64,000 bases of DNA, taken from NCBI GenBank assembly GCA_965153355.1, contig OZ231126.1, forward strand, positions 15,996,001 to 16,060,000, given 5' to 3'. Source of the stretch: Flaccisagitta enflata. Its lineage: Eukaryota. The translations under genes and the position numbers were made by a program. Each line of letters starts with the position of its first letter. The stretch's first letter is position 1. Below are positions 39,201-64,000 of this stretch, piece by piece. Under the pieces are notes generated by a model. It made no database searches. It was not told the DNA's origin and saw nothing but the letters and a program-made list of their open reading frames with translations.

Positions 39201-39448
39201 TAACGGACAAAGCCCATTTTATAGTCGCGTGGCTTCTGACCAAAAAGTAACGTTATCGCCTGTCGTCATGCACAATGATGATGATAACCTAAATCTATCT
39301 TATTCTTTTTCTTTTCCTCCCTTCTTTAAGTGTTCCCTTGGCTTTCGTTTCCATGTTGTATGTCGTGAATGAGAAATCGTTACGGATAGAAGGCCAGCCC
39401 GACTTACAAGACTTTCACTTATCGCAAGACACACCACCCACCAAATAA
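25075..39448 (+). CDS. NCAPH: Condensin I kleisin subunit CAP-H (barren/Cnd2); exons 25075-25124, 26077-26252, 30828-31017, 31283-32097, 32248-32462, 32587-32679, 32776-32871, 33077-33128, 35550-35771, 35911-36027, 37388-37506, 38644-38849, 39331-39448
   Basis: [122 protein letters not shown]. All 12 introns are GT-AG and in phase. Confidence 0.93.
25224..25895. mobile_element. Non-autonomous element with ~30-bp inverted repeats (GGGCAGCGGCCCCAAAGGGGCCGATGACCTA) enclosing a 21-bp tandem array (GCTCAAATCCCAGCCTCGAAG)
   Basis: Inverted pair at ~25224-25254 and ~25787-25817. The 3' motif GGGTACCGCTGACCA recurs at ~49328, with a near match at ~6878. Confidence 0.75.
27298..29300 (-). CDS. Spliced PC4/Sub1-like (transcriptional coactivator p15, ssDNA-binding) domain gene; exons 29300-29106 and 27486-27298; 5' end unresolved, possibly pseudogenised
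   Basis: Joining donor AAG|GTGAG (29106/29105) to acceptor TTATTCAG| (27487/27486) gives [63 protein letters not shown]. This matches the PC4 pattern LG..K.V....F.GK..IDIR..Y...KKGISL....W..L......ID. An in-frame ATG at 29330 is followed by TGA at 29309-29307, or the exon starts at the CAG acceptor at 29301. Confidence 0.68.
27572..29060. repeat. Telomere-like 24-bp satellite (CCCTAAACCCAACACAGCCCCTAG/A)n, two blocks plus a degenerate CCCTAA-rich tail
   Basis: Arrays at 27575-28258 and 28410-28660, then CCCTAACCCTTAACTC variants up to ~29060. Confidence 0.92.
33373..35380. mobile_element. Helentron/DINE-1-like non-autonomous element with ~168-bp internal tandem repeats and a 21-bp array (CATCTTCAACTACTGTCAT..)
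   Basis: 5' hairpin GTCCCCGACGAA..TTCGTCGGTGGAC after a T-run, then a GTYT microsatellite, then 3' GTCGGGGAC within a long hairpin (35342-35392). Confidence 0.65.
33977..34304. mobile_element. hAT-type MITE, 328 bp, nested in the Helentron-like element
   Basis: TIRs CAGGGGTGTATAATGTTGAGT / ACTCAACATTATACACGCCTG. Perfect 8-bp TSD AATATGTT at 33969-33976 and 34305-34312. Confidence 0.92.
36060..37176. mobile_element. Second Helentron/DINE-1-like element, related to 33373-35380, with ~167-bp repeats and an 18-bp array (GGGTCAGACTGAGTAGCC)n at 36830-37145
   Basis: 5' GTCCTCGACG..CGTCGAGGAC hairpin, shared CTGATCGTGTAGT motif, 3' GTCGAGGAC, flanking T-runs. Confidence 0.65.
37888..38548. mobile_element. 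Cluster of three short DINE/HINE-like elements (GGCCGGATACACGGC...GGGCAGGGGC...(GACC/GACG)n...AGAGTCGC..CGACTAAAAA); the family is dispersed through the window (e.g. ~40090, 40655, 43418, 45320, 50290; related copies ~23820, 56610)
   Basis: Near-identical copies at 38084-38262 and 38377-38547. Each has a tetranucleotide microsatellite and a terminal hairpin. Confidence 0.8.
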
Positions 39449-40455
39449 TCCCAATATAGATCGTAGTATCAGTTTCTTAGAAACTCTTGTTGTCAATGAG
39501 AGGGATGAATGATTTGACTGAGTTGCGTTTAAATATTGTAGAATTTTTCATGATTAAGATAAAAGTGCAAATGACCCTAGGATTTCCTTCAAAATTACAT
39601 TCCAAAAAAATTTCAACATTCTCCACGGACCCCGATCATCATTTTTGAAATTGTTCTCGTCTTTTGTTTATTTTTTTCTGGAACGAACATTTTTCTAAAT
39701 TATATAGTGCCTTTTACTATAAGCCGTGTTTGATGCTTTTCAGTTTGTTATATTTTCTGCGACATGATGTATAATTATGATTGTTATGATTTGCAATTAT
39801 TTCAGATGCCGGGTAGAATGCAGGAAATTTCCTTTAAGATTTTGTAGCATCCTAGTCTTCTTGACAAAGCAAAACCTATCAATCCTAAGCTATCAATCCT
39901 AAGTTATGTGTAGAGGGCGATTTCAGAATCGCTGGATGTAATTTTAAACGGAGAAAACTTGATTTTAATTATTCATTTCATATTTGTGAATCACTCTCTT
40001 TTTATGATATTAAAAGATCGTTACATTCTCGTTCTGTTTCATCCTCGCTCCTCAAACTGAAGACACTGAACTATCGCCTGCAGTTTTTAGGTTGAGGCCA
40101 CGCAACTCTATAAGAGGCTTTGTCCGTCCGTTGGTCCGTCCGTCTGTCTGTAGTGATCAAGTCGACCATGAAGACCATGAAGACCATGCGATTCCGCCCC
40201 TGCCCACCCGACTGCAACGCTATTGTGACCCCGGGGTACTTGAAGCCTTGCTAGTTGAAGAGTCTCGCAGTAGAAATAAGGCTGAAGGTTAATAATTTAT
40301 TGGATTATCATGAAGTTATGAATATACAAATATGTATGAAACATATGTGAAAAACAAAGTACAGCATACAATTGGAGGCATGTATCACAGAGAATTTTCT
40401 GATTAGATATCTTGAAAGCTATGTAATGCAACATGTAACAAAAACAATCTTGTAG

Positions 40456-53640
<13,185 letters not shown>

Positions 53641-56465
53641 CAAGTTTCTCGGCTGGCGGCGGACGCGGCGCTGTTGGCGCCACCGGTGCGTCGGCCGGCG
53701 TCGAGTAACTTCCGTTCCGCGGGCGTCAAATCGGATTTTGTAGAGACGCACAGAGAAGCGATCGATTGACGAGATTGACGCTGTGAAGCGTCGCGTCGAA
53801 ATGGACGAGGATCCTCCTCTTCGGCGTTTTCTTCCTCCTCATCCGGTCTTGTTACATCTTTTTTGTCTTTCACGTCATCTGCGTTGCCATCTGGCGTCGC
53901 TTTAACGTCGACAATAACGCCGGCTGCGTCAGCCGTCGATGGAGCAGCGGCAGCAGTAGCGCCGCGAAGTCGTTCATTCTCCGTCTTTGGTCTCGACGTC
54001 GCCGCCGCAGCCGTCGCTGCTTCCTTCTCCACCACCTGACTTCTCTCGACATTGGCCGAGGGGACTTTGCTTTCATCCGTCGTGTCGCCGCCGGCGTCGC
54101 TGTGAATATGACTCATATCTTGTTCAACCGCGTTTCGTAAGAGGGACAGAGTCGGAGAAGACAGATCGGATCTCTCTCTGTCTTGCACACGCAACAGATG
54201 TAAATTCGCCGAATTAGGCGATGAAGAAGCTGCCGTGTGAGGGCGTTTGCGACCCGAGGCGCTGCGGCGTAAAGCTGGGTCAGCATTCTCCTCCGCTGCT
54301 GTCGCTGCCGCTGTAGCGGGTCGAGGTGGCGTTTTGGGGGGACCGCGTTTCGCCGCGGAAGCCAGTTTTCTCGGCTGATGAGGGAAACGACCGGCTTTTA
54401 ATCTGAGATTGGCCTCATTTTCAGCGATGGCTTCTGCTGATTGATCTCCACCGGAGGCAGCTGCTGCAGCTGCTGCAGCGGAAGCAGCAGCTTCTACAGC
54501 ATTTTCCTCGTCATTCTTCACATCTGGAGTCGGTGGAATGTCGATCGTAGTGGATTGTGACGCGTTCATCTCCAGTTTTGACGATGGTCGCGATTTGGTC
54601 GCGGATTTTCTCCCACTTTGTCTCGATTTAGCGGATGCACTTCGAGGATGGGATTGATCCTGATTAGATGCTGCAGCTGCGGCAACAGCATCAGCAACCT
54701 CCGCCGCTGTAACGACTTCCGCGTCCTTTTCTTCCTCTTTCTTCACCACAACGACGGTATTTTCGTGGGTTGACATCATAATGGAAGCCGGCGCCGACGC
54801 GACAAACGTCGGCTGTGGTTGTTGTTGTTGTTGTTGCTCGAGATTTACGGGAATGGCTTCATCTTGTGACGTTTGAGATCCCGGTTTTGAAATGTCCATT
54901 ACGTGGACCAAACTGGCCGTCGACGGAGATTCGATGCCGATGATGATCTGAGGGTTGTCAGAGTGTTCGGCCGACGCAGATGACGATCTAGATGGGTCCG
55001 ACGAGGATGTGGGTTCCTTGGAGGATGACGATACCGGACGCGAAGATGGCCGCTGTGTTTTTGTAGTTGGGGATGTTGTTCCGTCCTGTTGTTCTGGGGT
55101 CGGTTGGGATGGGGTGGCGGGTTTGGAGGTTCTAGTAGGTTGAGATGGGGTGACGGGTTTGGAGGTTCTTACAGGTTGATCCGTTGGGGTTGAGGATTTG
55201 CTATGGGGTCTCTCTTTGGGGGTGGATGCTCTGGAACCGACTTGGGGCTGGTCTTTTGGGGTAGAAGATCTGGAAATGGCCGGGGGTTTGTCTTGATGGG
55301 ATGATGCCCTGGAAGAAGATTTGCCTATAGGAGCTTGTGATGTCCTCGCAACTGAAGCGGGACGAGAACTGATCTTCGCAGATGACGAGGGTCTCGAGGG
55401 TACAGTTGGTGGTGCATCTTTCGGACGAGCAGCTTCTTCACCCTCAGAGTCGGTGGAGAAACTCTCCGAGTAAGCCAAAGAGTTGGCGCTGGCGAAAATG
55501 AAGGAAAGAAAGGGTTATTTGGGAGCTTCCGGACGTTACGCTTGTTTCGCATTCTCCGCTTACAATAAAAAGACAGAGAGCAACGACGATTACCTCATCT
55601 CGAAGTTTTTGATTTTCTTCACCGGACTTCCTTCCGATTGAGAGCAGTCTGTAGAGGAATCCAACTCTGAAAAAAATCATGTCATTGCTTTCAACATAAC
55701 TGAAATTTGGTGGCTTCAATTTTATCACAAGCGATTTTTTGGGCCTGAGTCCTGAGAGGACCTACAACAGCGGCAGCCTGCCTAACTCCCGCAGGCACTG
55801 TCAAACCGGTGTTGAGACTTACATCCGAATGCATGTATGCCAACAATGGCACTACGGGTGTCAAAGGAAGCTCGAGTTCCGCATTAACACCATTTTTTCC
55901 GAATTTATTCAAATTGAATTATGCAGTCACCTGTCCACCTTGAATCACTAAATCCATACAAAAATCGGCAAAGAAGTGACAAACACCGGTATTCTTTACA
56001 GATTAATGCGTACGCTTGTTGCAGGAGCTCATATTGAAAGACTTAAAGTCAAATGAGGAAATTCTGAAATTTCTTGAATGCATTTATGTCAAATATGCTT
56101 CACCCCGATTCCCTACATAATGCTAACCTGTCGGGGAATGGGTTTCCACGGTGAAGGATCTTTTCGTGTCTCTTCCTTCGTCGTCTATCTTGATTTTCTT
56201 CAACGAATTTTCTTCTACGAAAGACGCTTTGACTTCCTCCACTTGATAGGCCAACTGTTCGGCGCGAAGAGATTGCTCGCGCTGACGGGTGGCAACCACG
56301 TTCTGGAAAAGGGGGAGGGAGATGAGTAGGGCGGGAAGAGAGAACATGCAAAGGAAGTAGAAGAAGAAGATGGAGAAGAAATAGAAGAAGAAGAAGAAGA
56401 AGAAGAAGAAGAAGAAGAAGAAGAAGAAGAAGAATAAGAAGAGGAAGAAGCAGAAAGATGATGAC

Positions 56466-56534
<69 letters not shown>

Positions 56535-59500
56535 GTAGAGGGAAAGAAGAAGAAGACGATGAATTTGAAGAAGAAGATGATGAAGAAGAAGAAGAGGAAA
56601 AAGAAACAAGGCCAAGTAGGCCAATAGTTGCGACTTGTGGATTGTCGAACGAATGCGTTACCGACCAACCGACCGACGGACACAGCCAGTTATAGAGGTG
56701 CTCTGTCGCACCTAAAAAAGAAAAATAAAGAGAGAGAGAGAGTGAGTGACTCAAAAGTCAACACGCGTATAAAAGATGGACGAAACAGTCACAACTCACA
56801 TAACTTCTTAATTGAATGAATAATAGGATGGAAATAGTAGGATGAATAGTAGGATGAATAATAGGATGAAAAAAGTCAGAAAAGGTAGAGATAGATTTAC
56901 CTTCAGATAATCGCGTACTTTCTTCTTTTTCTTGGTGATGTCTCCACTTCCTTCTTGTTCTCCTTCTGGCTCTTCTCCTCCTGCTCCTTCCTCTTTCCTC
57001 TCTCCTTCCGCTTCTCCTCCTACTGCTTGTTCCTCGGCTGTTTCCGGTCTGTCGTCTTTTCTCTTCGCCGAACTTTGCAGCGGCGAATATTCGCCGGTTT
57101 CCGGATTCCGGATAAGAATCACTCCGTCAGCGCCTTCAATACTCTCGACGGTCGGACTCTCTTCCGCGGCAACAGACGTCTTTTGTATAGCGTCTTCTTC
57201 TTCTTCTTCTTCTTCTTCTTCTTCTTCTTCTTCTTCTTCTTCTTCTTCTTCTTCTTCTTTTTCTTCTTCTTCTTCTTCTTCTTCTTCTTCTTTCTTCTCC
57301 TTCTTCTTTTTCTTCCTTTCTATCCTCAGCGGTCTCCAAGCTAGATCTAACTTTAATCTTCCTCGTTGTTCCTTTGTTTTTCTTCTTTCTCTCAGACGGC
57401 GCTGGTTTCGTGTCAAACTCTGATTGCGCAGTTTCGATATCTGGCAGAACGCTTGCGGAATTTAGATTCAAATGAGTGGCGGTTTCCGCTCCGCCGGTAG
57501 ATATCGGCTGATCCGGAAGTTCACAGAATTCCTCCTCCTCCTCCTGTTCCTCCTCTTCTTGAATATTTTTCTCTTCTTCCTCAGCCTCTTCTTCGTCTTC
57601 TTCAAAATCAAATCTTTCCTCTTCTTCCTCCTCTTCTTTCCACTCCTCGACGCGACTGTTGTCGACGGGGTCTTCGGCTGAAGACGCCTTCTTCCGTTTC
57701 TCTTCTTCCTCTTCCCGTTTGCGAAGCGCCGCGAATTTTGCGCGGATTTCGTCAGTCGGGACTGCTGGCGCTTTTTTCTGCCGCGGCGCCGCCGGTTTAC
57801 GCTTTTTCTCAACTTCCTCCTCTTGTTCTTGAGATTGTTTTAATTTCTCTTCTTTTCGCGCTTTTATGAGCGCTTGTTTCTGGAGCCGCTGCTCTTTTTT
57901 TAGTTCCTCCTCTTTTCTTTGTTTTTCTTGTTGCTTACGGCGCTGCTCTTCTTGTTTCTGACGTAGCTCCTCTTGTTTTTGACGTTCTTCCTTTTGTTTC
58001 TGCTCCAGTAATACTTGTTCTTGTTGCTTACGTTCCTTTTCCTCTTTTTGCTGTTGCAGCTGCTGTTGGCGCTGTTCTTCCTGCTCTTGTTTTTGCTGTT
58101 GACGTTTCTCCTCTTGCTTTTGTTTTTCCTCTTGAAGTCTTTGCAAGCGTTGCTGTTCTTGCTGTTGTTTTTGTTGCTGTTTTTGACGTTTTAGTTCTTC
58201 CTGATTTTGACGTTCTTCTTTCTTCTTTTGCTCTAATAGTTTTTGTTCTTGTTGCTGCTGCTCTTTCTCTTGTTTTTTCTTTTCAAGTTGCTGCAAACGC
58301 TTTTCCTCCTGTTGTTGCTTTTGCAACTGGAGTTTTTCTTCTTTCTCTTGTTTTTGCTGCAGAAGCTGTTGCTGTCGCTTTTCTTCTTGCTGTTTTTGCT
58401 GTTCAAGCTGCTGAAGGCGTTTTTCCTCCTGCTGCTGTTTTTGCTGCTGTGATTTATCTTCTTTTTCTTGTTTTTGCTTCTTGATTTGAAGCTGTCGTTG
58501 CTCCTCCTTTTGCTGTTTTAGTTCTTTTTCTTGTTTTTGTTGTTGGATTTGTTGCTGCCTCTTCTCCTCTTGCTCTTGCTTTTGCTGCTGGCGTTTTTCT
58601 TCTTGCTGCCTCTTCTCCTCTTTAACTTCTTGCAACTGTTTTTGGCGTTGTTGTTCTTGCTGCTGCTTTTTTTCTTGTTGTTGTCTTTTTTGATCTTCTT
58701 GTTTTTGCCGCTCCTCTTTCTTCTTTTGCTCCTGCAATTTTTGTTCCTGCTGACGCTGATCTTTCTCCTGTCTCTGAATCTCAAGTTGCTGTTGACGTTT
58801 TTCTTCCTGTTGCTGCTTTTGTCGCTGAAGCTTTTGCTCCTTTTCTAGTTTCTGCTGCTGAATTTGCTGCTGCCGCGTTTCCTCAAGTTTTTTTTGTTGT
58901 TCAGCCTGCTTCTGTTGCTGAAGTTTCCCCTCTTTTTCCTGTTTTTGCTGCTGTATCTGTTGCAGACGTTTCTGTTCCTGCTCCTCTTTTTGCTGCTGTC
59001 GTTTTTCGTCCCTCTGCCTTTTCTCCTCCTGCACTTGTTGTTGACGTTGCTGCTCTTGCTGCTGCTTCAATTCCTGTTGTTGCTTCTGCTGCTCGATTTG
59101 CAGTTGACGTTTTTCCTCTTGTTTCCGTTTCTCCTCCTCCTTTTGCTGCTGACGTTGCTTCTCTTGCTGCTGCTTGAGCTCTAGCCTCTCCTGTTGCAGT
59201 CGTTTCTGTTCCTTCTGCTTTTGTTGTTGCTCTAACTGCCTTTTCTCCTGCTCCAACTTCTTTTGACGCCTCTGCTCTTCAAGCTCCTGCTGCTTTTTTA
59301 TCTGTTGCTGACGTTTTAACTCTTGCTGTTGTTGCTGCAACTGTAGCCTCCTTTCCTGCTGAATCTGCTGTTCGCGCTTTTGATCTTCCAACCGTTTCGC
59401 TTCCAACTCCTTCGCCGCGCGAATTTGCTCCTGCCTTCTTTGCTCCTCTTCTTTTCTCTGCTTCAATTGCTGCTCTCTTTTCTCAAACTGCCTTGCTGGA

Positions 59501-60428
59501 TCGGGCTTTCTTATGGACCGCGAGTTGGCGCTTCTAAACGAATCCTGGTAGCGTTTTCTTTTCGCTGGAAGCGGAGTTTCGGACGCTTGATCGTCGACGT
59601 CTTCGCCGAAAGAAAGATCTAAGGGTAACTCTTCGCCGCAGACGGTCGCTGCGTCGTCGTCAGCCGATGCGGTGCCAAATCCGGATCTCCCGGCTCCCGA
59701 CCGCGCGTCGCCTCTTTTACTGAAGAGTCTTTCCGGGTCGGCCTTGGAATTGTTGCGCTTCTTTAACGATGCGAGGGATGAAGATAATTGAGCGAGGGAA
59801 AGAGAAGATTCTTTTGAATCGAATTTGAATCTGCAGGTGAGAGGGGAAGACAGGTACGGTAGAGATCATTTCTTTTTCAAGTTAGATAGAATATATTCTA
59901 TATAATGTATTTAAATATTTAGTAAAAAGTATATGTATACCTAAGGAATTTGGCTTAATAAACCATATTTTAGATATGTATGTATATAACTAACTAAAGG
60001 GAGAAACACCCAGGCTTTTGACCATTGCCCATCGGACTGCTGAACCTCTGCTACCTGGCGCCGAGGTGATCGCTTTGCCATGTTGGGCGGCGTGGAATTC
60101 TGCCTGGGCTAGCCGCGTCACAGCGACTCATCAAGTGAAAGTGCGGAACGAACAGTCTCCTCTTACCAGGTCATATTTTTTGATAATTACGTAATTTCAA
60201 ACATGAGGCCGCGTTGGCTTTGAATACGCAGAAAATATGCATTAATGACACAAAGTATTTTAATTCAACAGAAATAAGTAGTCAGCAACGTTAAGGACAA
60301 ATCGATGATATTCTATTAAAATTGAGACATAATTGATGTATTTCCAGCTCCATAGCCGGTCAAACTAAAATTTGCTGCGATATGCAAATTAGCTTATGAG
60401 AAGCATCATAAGGAGAGAGTACTAGAGG

Positions 60429-60468
<40 letters not shown>

Positions 60469-62949
60469 TATCACGTACCTCGTATCGACGACGCCCGTGG
60501 ACGTTTGATAAACTTTCTGTACAATTTGATTTCTCGTCGATTTTTTCTCGTGGACTTTTTTGATTGTCCTGACGGCGTTATAAAGCGAACTCTTAAACTT
60601 CGGAGCGTCGGTTTCGTCAGCCTGAGGATCAACGACCGAAGGAATTGCGCCGCTTCTCGCGGTTTTCTGCAACCGCTCGTCAACTTGGTCGTCGTCGTCG
60701 TCAAACTGATTTCCGATGTCGTCGTCGGCGCGGGTTTTTCTGCTTCTCCTCCTCCTCCTCCTTCTTTCTCTTCTTGGGTCTTTGTCGAAGTCGTTATTTT
60801 CGTTGTGGTAGGGATTGTAGTAGTCGTTGTCTACGTCCGCGATAGGAGTGACGTTAGGTGGCAAGAAGCCGTGGAAACGATTTCCTCTAGAATCACGATC
60901 ATCGTCGTCATCATCATCTTCATCTTCTTCGTCGTCGTCATCATCATCTTCACCATCGTCTCCTTCCTCCTCTCGTATCGGCGCGATTTGACGTCTCCTC
61001 TTCGGTCTCCTGGGTTTCCGTTTGACTTTCGGTCTGGACGTGAGTCCGTATCGATCACAAGTGTCTTGAAACTTCTTCTTGTCGGTTTTATTGTTGAGCG
61101 GAAGCGCGATGTGAAGAAATTCGTTTTCCGAGCTCTTGATTTTCCCGCCGTGACTCAACGCCGGATCGAAAGACATTCTCGCGGACAGTTCCGATCGAAA
61201 TGGAGACCATGTTTTTTTTATCGCGATGAAGATAACGAGGAATTAAGGGTTAGTTTGTTTTGCTATCGCGATATAGGTGACGAGGAATAAAGTGTCACCA
61301 AGAGAGATATTTCAAAAATTTTGAAGTGAACGTGTACGTCGAATTGCGTGAAATTCTTGTTAAAAAAAATATCATGATAATTATGGCGATCTTATGTTGT
61401 CGTTATGGCGACATTTTGTCCATCGCGGGGTTTTCCCTGATCGTCGTCTTACGATTAATCGGGACACGGATCCATCTAAAGAAATGGTTAATGAGGAAAA
61501 AAAAACTATTAATTAAATGGTTTGATATCGGAATGATCTATGACCAGCGCAATTTCCTTCCAGATTCTACGAGAAAAGCAAGGACTAGTAGGCCAACGTT
61601 GCATCCTCGAAAAATGAACGTTTTTCATTTATGAATGTGGTTTAAAAATGAATGAATGAATTAATGAATGAAATAATGAATAAATGAATGAATGGTTGAA
61701 TTATAAAATGAAAGAATTAGTGAGAGAGTATATGTATATTGGTGCCGCTTTTTGGGTTGGATTTGAAATTAAAATATTTGCTAACCAACTGTATGACCGC
61801 TCGACCAACCGACCAACAGACGCACATGACCTCTTATAGAGATGCGAGGACGCATCTTAAACCCATTGAAGGTGTGCGTTAATCAGACGGAGAGCCATGT
61901 GTCCATGTCCCAATTTGAGAAAGGGAGGAGGAAGAACAAGAACAATTTTGTTAAATAAAGTTCGATGCTGATATAGTTACATATGTAGTGTTAGAAATGT
62001 ATGTCCGTCCGTTTCTTAAGTATGTGTGCTTTTGTTTCTTTTGCGTGCTTTGGCTTTTCTTCTTTCTCTATTATTCAATGCCAGCGTCTTTTGTTTCTCG
62101 CCATTTTTTATATTGAACGCTAGATGGGTAACCATATGGTTGCGCCTTGTATTTTGTGCCATTTGTTTTTATTACGTAGGCATACATACGTAACTCGTCT
62201 TTCGTATCATCCAATTTTTGGATTGATTGATTTTATTTATTTGCGGCATTGCTTCCTAAAGTGATTGATTGATTTTTCGTGATTGATTGAATGTGCCCTT
62301 GGAATTTACTAATTTCAATAATCTCTCATCTTTTTATTGCAGATAAACTTATGAACGGACAATTAACGTTAATTTGACTTCGACAGACTGTGGGTTGAAA
62401 CCAACGAAAGTGGGCCTAAAAGTAAGTTTTATAGACGCGTCTTTGCTTTTATTAACGTTGTTTTTATCTTGTCTTCCGGTCTGTTATTTTTGTCTTTTGC
62501 CCTTTTGCATTTTTATCGCGGATTTTAGTATGGTTTTATCGCTTGCCCGATCAGCTTACTATGGGGATGATATGGATGAATCTAATAGGATAGGCAGGGG
62601 CAGGGGCAGGTATTATCAGGTGGCATGGGCTCTGAAGAAGATGAACATGTTGTCATGTGCTGTTTCTGTCCTTTATTGTGTCCTGTCTCGATTCATGTTA
62701 TCTTTTGCGTTGCTGATCAAAGTAACGCCCTTTCCTTTTCATTTTCCCTCTCTTCAGTTGTTGAAATTTTTATGGAATAATGAGACGATCGCCTTCCTAT
62801 TTTCCAATTCGGCCAACTTTCTTTCACCACAAGTCGTCAGTCAGATAAGCGACTCATAGACAGTGCCAGTTGAAACTCGTGGAGCGTAATTTATATTTCA
62901 ACAATTTAAAAACGACTGGATTCTTTCCATCTTCGACCTCAGCGAAGTG

Positions 62950-64000
62950 GACAATGGCAGCCGCGCGCGGCGGCTCCGTCTGACGGCTTCAACGTCTCTC
63001 GTGTATCCGCCGGGTTTGAATCAGTGTCGAGAGTCGGATGCGTTTGCGCGCGATGAGAAACGACATCTGGCGGAGATGGAAGGATGCCGGCGCCTTTTCG
63101 GCGCCGTTGCTACTTGCGCCGAAGGGCGAATGATTTAAACGACGCCGCCTGTGAATCAGATGGCGCTCGACACGGCCTTCGGGACATGGTCTACGACTTT
63201 ATATCATATGCAAGGCAAATGGCGCTCGACTCGATGCCCGGCGACCCTCTTCGATTCGCGGCGTCCACTCTGCGTCGAATCAGTAGCGAATGGAACTCCA
63301 TGCGTTTTCGATCGTGAAAACTATCCAGAGGTTTTCCTTCCAACGCCGACATCGTTAACGCAATGCACAATGACATTGGGAATCGTAAAAGACCCGTCAA
63401 CGAATTCTCATGGAATAGTCTCCCAACTGATACTCATGCCGCCCGTGACAATGTGACTGGCGCTCCAACACCAAGGATGCGGACGTCTTCGCCAAACCCC
63501 GACGGATCCGAGTATCTACCACTTCCGGCCCGGAGACATGGTGCGTAATCTCCGGCTGGTGGCCAATTTTTAAATCTGCCGATATCCAAAGAGGAGATGG
63601 CCAATCAATGGGTATCGGATTTGGTCTCGGAAAATGAACCTGCGCGTGCGCTCCGATGGAGCAAGCTGACGACATGCTTGCGGATCTCTGACGACGCCGG
63701 CGCCTCGCAAGAGGTCGTGGGATCATCGAACGGACTGACGCCGCAGGAGAGGGCAAGGCGGCGTTTCGCCAACAGGAGTGCGGAGAGAGACAGATGGGGC
63801 AGGCAGTTGGAGGATGAAATGCGACAAGGCCGTCGGCTGATTGACGATATGCAGCAGCAATAACGGGAGGAGGAGCAGCGACAGCAGCAGGAGCAACAGC
63901 AGCAGCATCAATTGCAGATGCAGCAGCAGCAACTCCAACAGTAACGTCAACTCCACCGACCACATGAGCAGCAGCAAACGACAGCTCAACGGCAGCAGCA
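62950..64000 (+). pseudogene. GC-rich coding-like relic with several short overlapping ORFs and a poly-Gln tract interrupted by in-frame TAA codons
   Basis: ORF fragments switch frame between 62947 and 63863. The QQQ*REEEQRQQQ...LQQ*RQ pattern is consistent with CAA>TAA mutations. No family recognised. Confidence 0.4.

Noticed and set aside
60040-60175. Possible U1 snRNA-like or other ncRNA (TACCTGGCG...GATC)
   Set aside because: It lacks the ATACTTACCTG 5' end, a recognisable Sm site and the U1 stem pattern.
63851-63945. TAA reassigned to Gln (ciliate-type code)
   Set aside because: NCAPH and the membrane protein end in TAA, UTP14 ends in TAG, and the long Q-rich exon at 57.8-59.5 kb has no in-frame TAA or TAG.

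Overview
Eukaryotic, intron-rich, repeat-dense invertebrate-type (metazoan) genomic DNA. The species cannot be identified from the window. All gene models were built by hand from GT/AG sites and frame continuity. The + strand carries six co-oriented genes, several separated by only about 200-400 bp: the 3' end of an unknown gene, a 4-exon Rieske-DUF455 (ferritin-like) fusion, a ~1,580-aa intronless low-complexity protein with histone-H3-tail-like motifs, UTP14, a divergent FoxN1/4-like forkhead gene, and 13-exon NCAPH (condensin I kleisin). The - strand (40456-61176) carries 18 exons that join, across two single-base frame breaks, into a ~3,020-aa type II membrane protein. It has a Q/E/K-rich cytoplasmic rod, a glycosylated stalk and a C-terminal IgGFc-binding (FCGBP-N-like) domain. 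Introns are packed with non-autonomous DNA transposons (CAC-ended foldback element, hAT and Tc1/mariner-type MITEs, Helentron/DINE-like elements) and with mini- and microsatellites, which produce most of the long spurious ORFs. The most unusual item is a 3.7-kb TIR element inside NCAPH intron 2. It carries a spliced antisense PC4/Sub1-like gene whose own intron is a telomere-like G-rich satellite.
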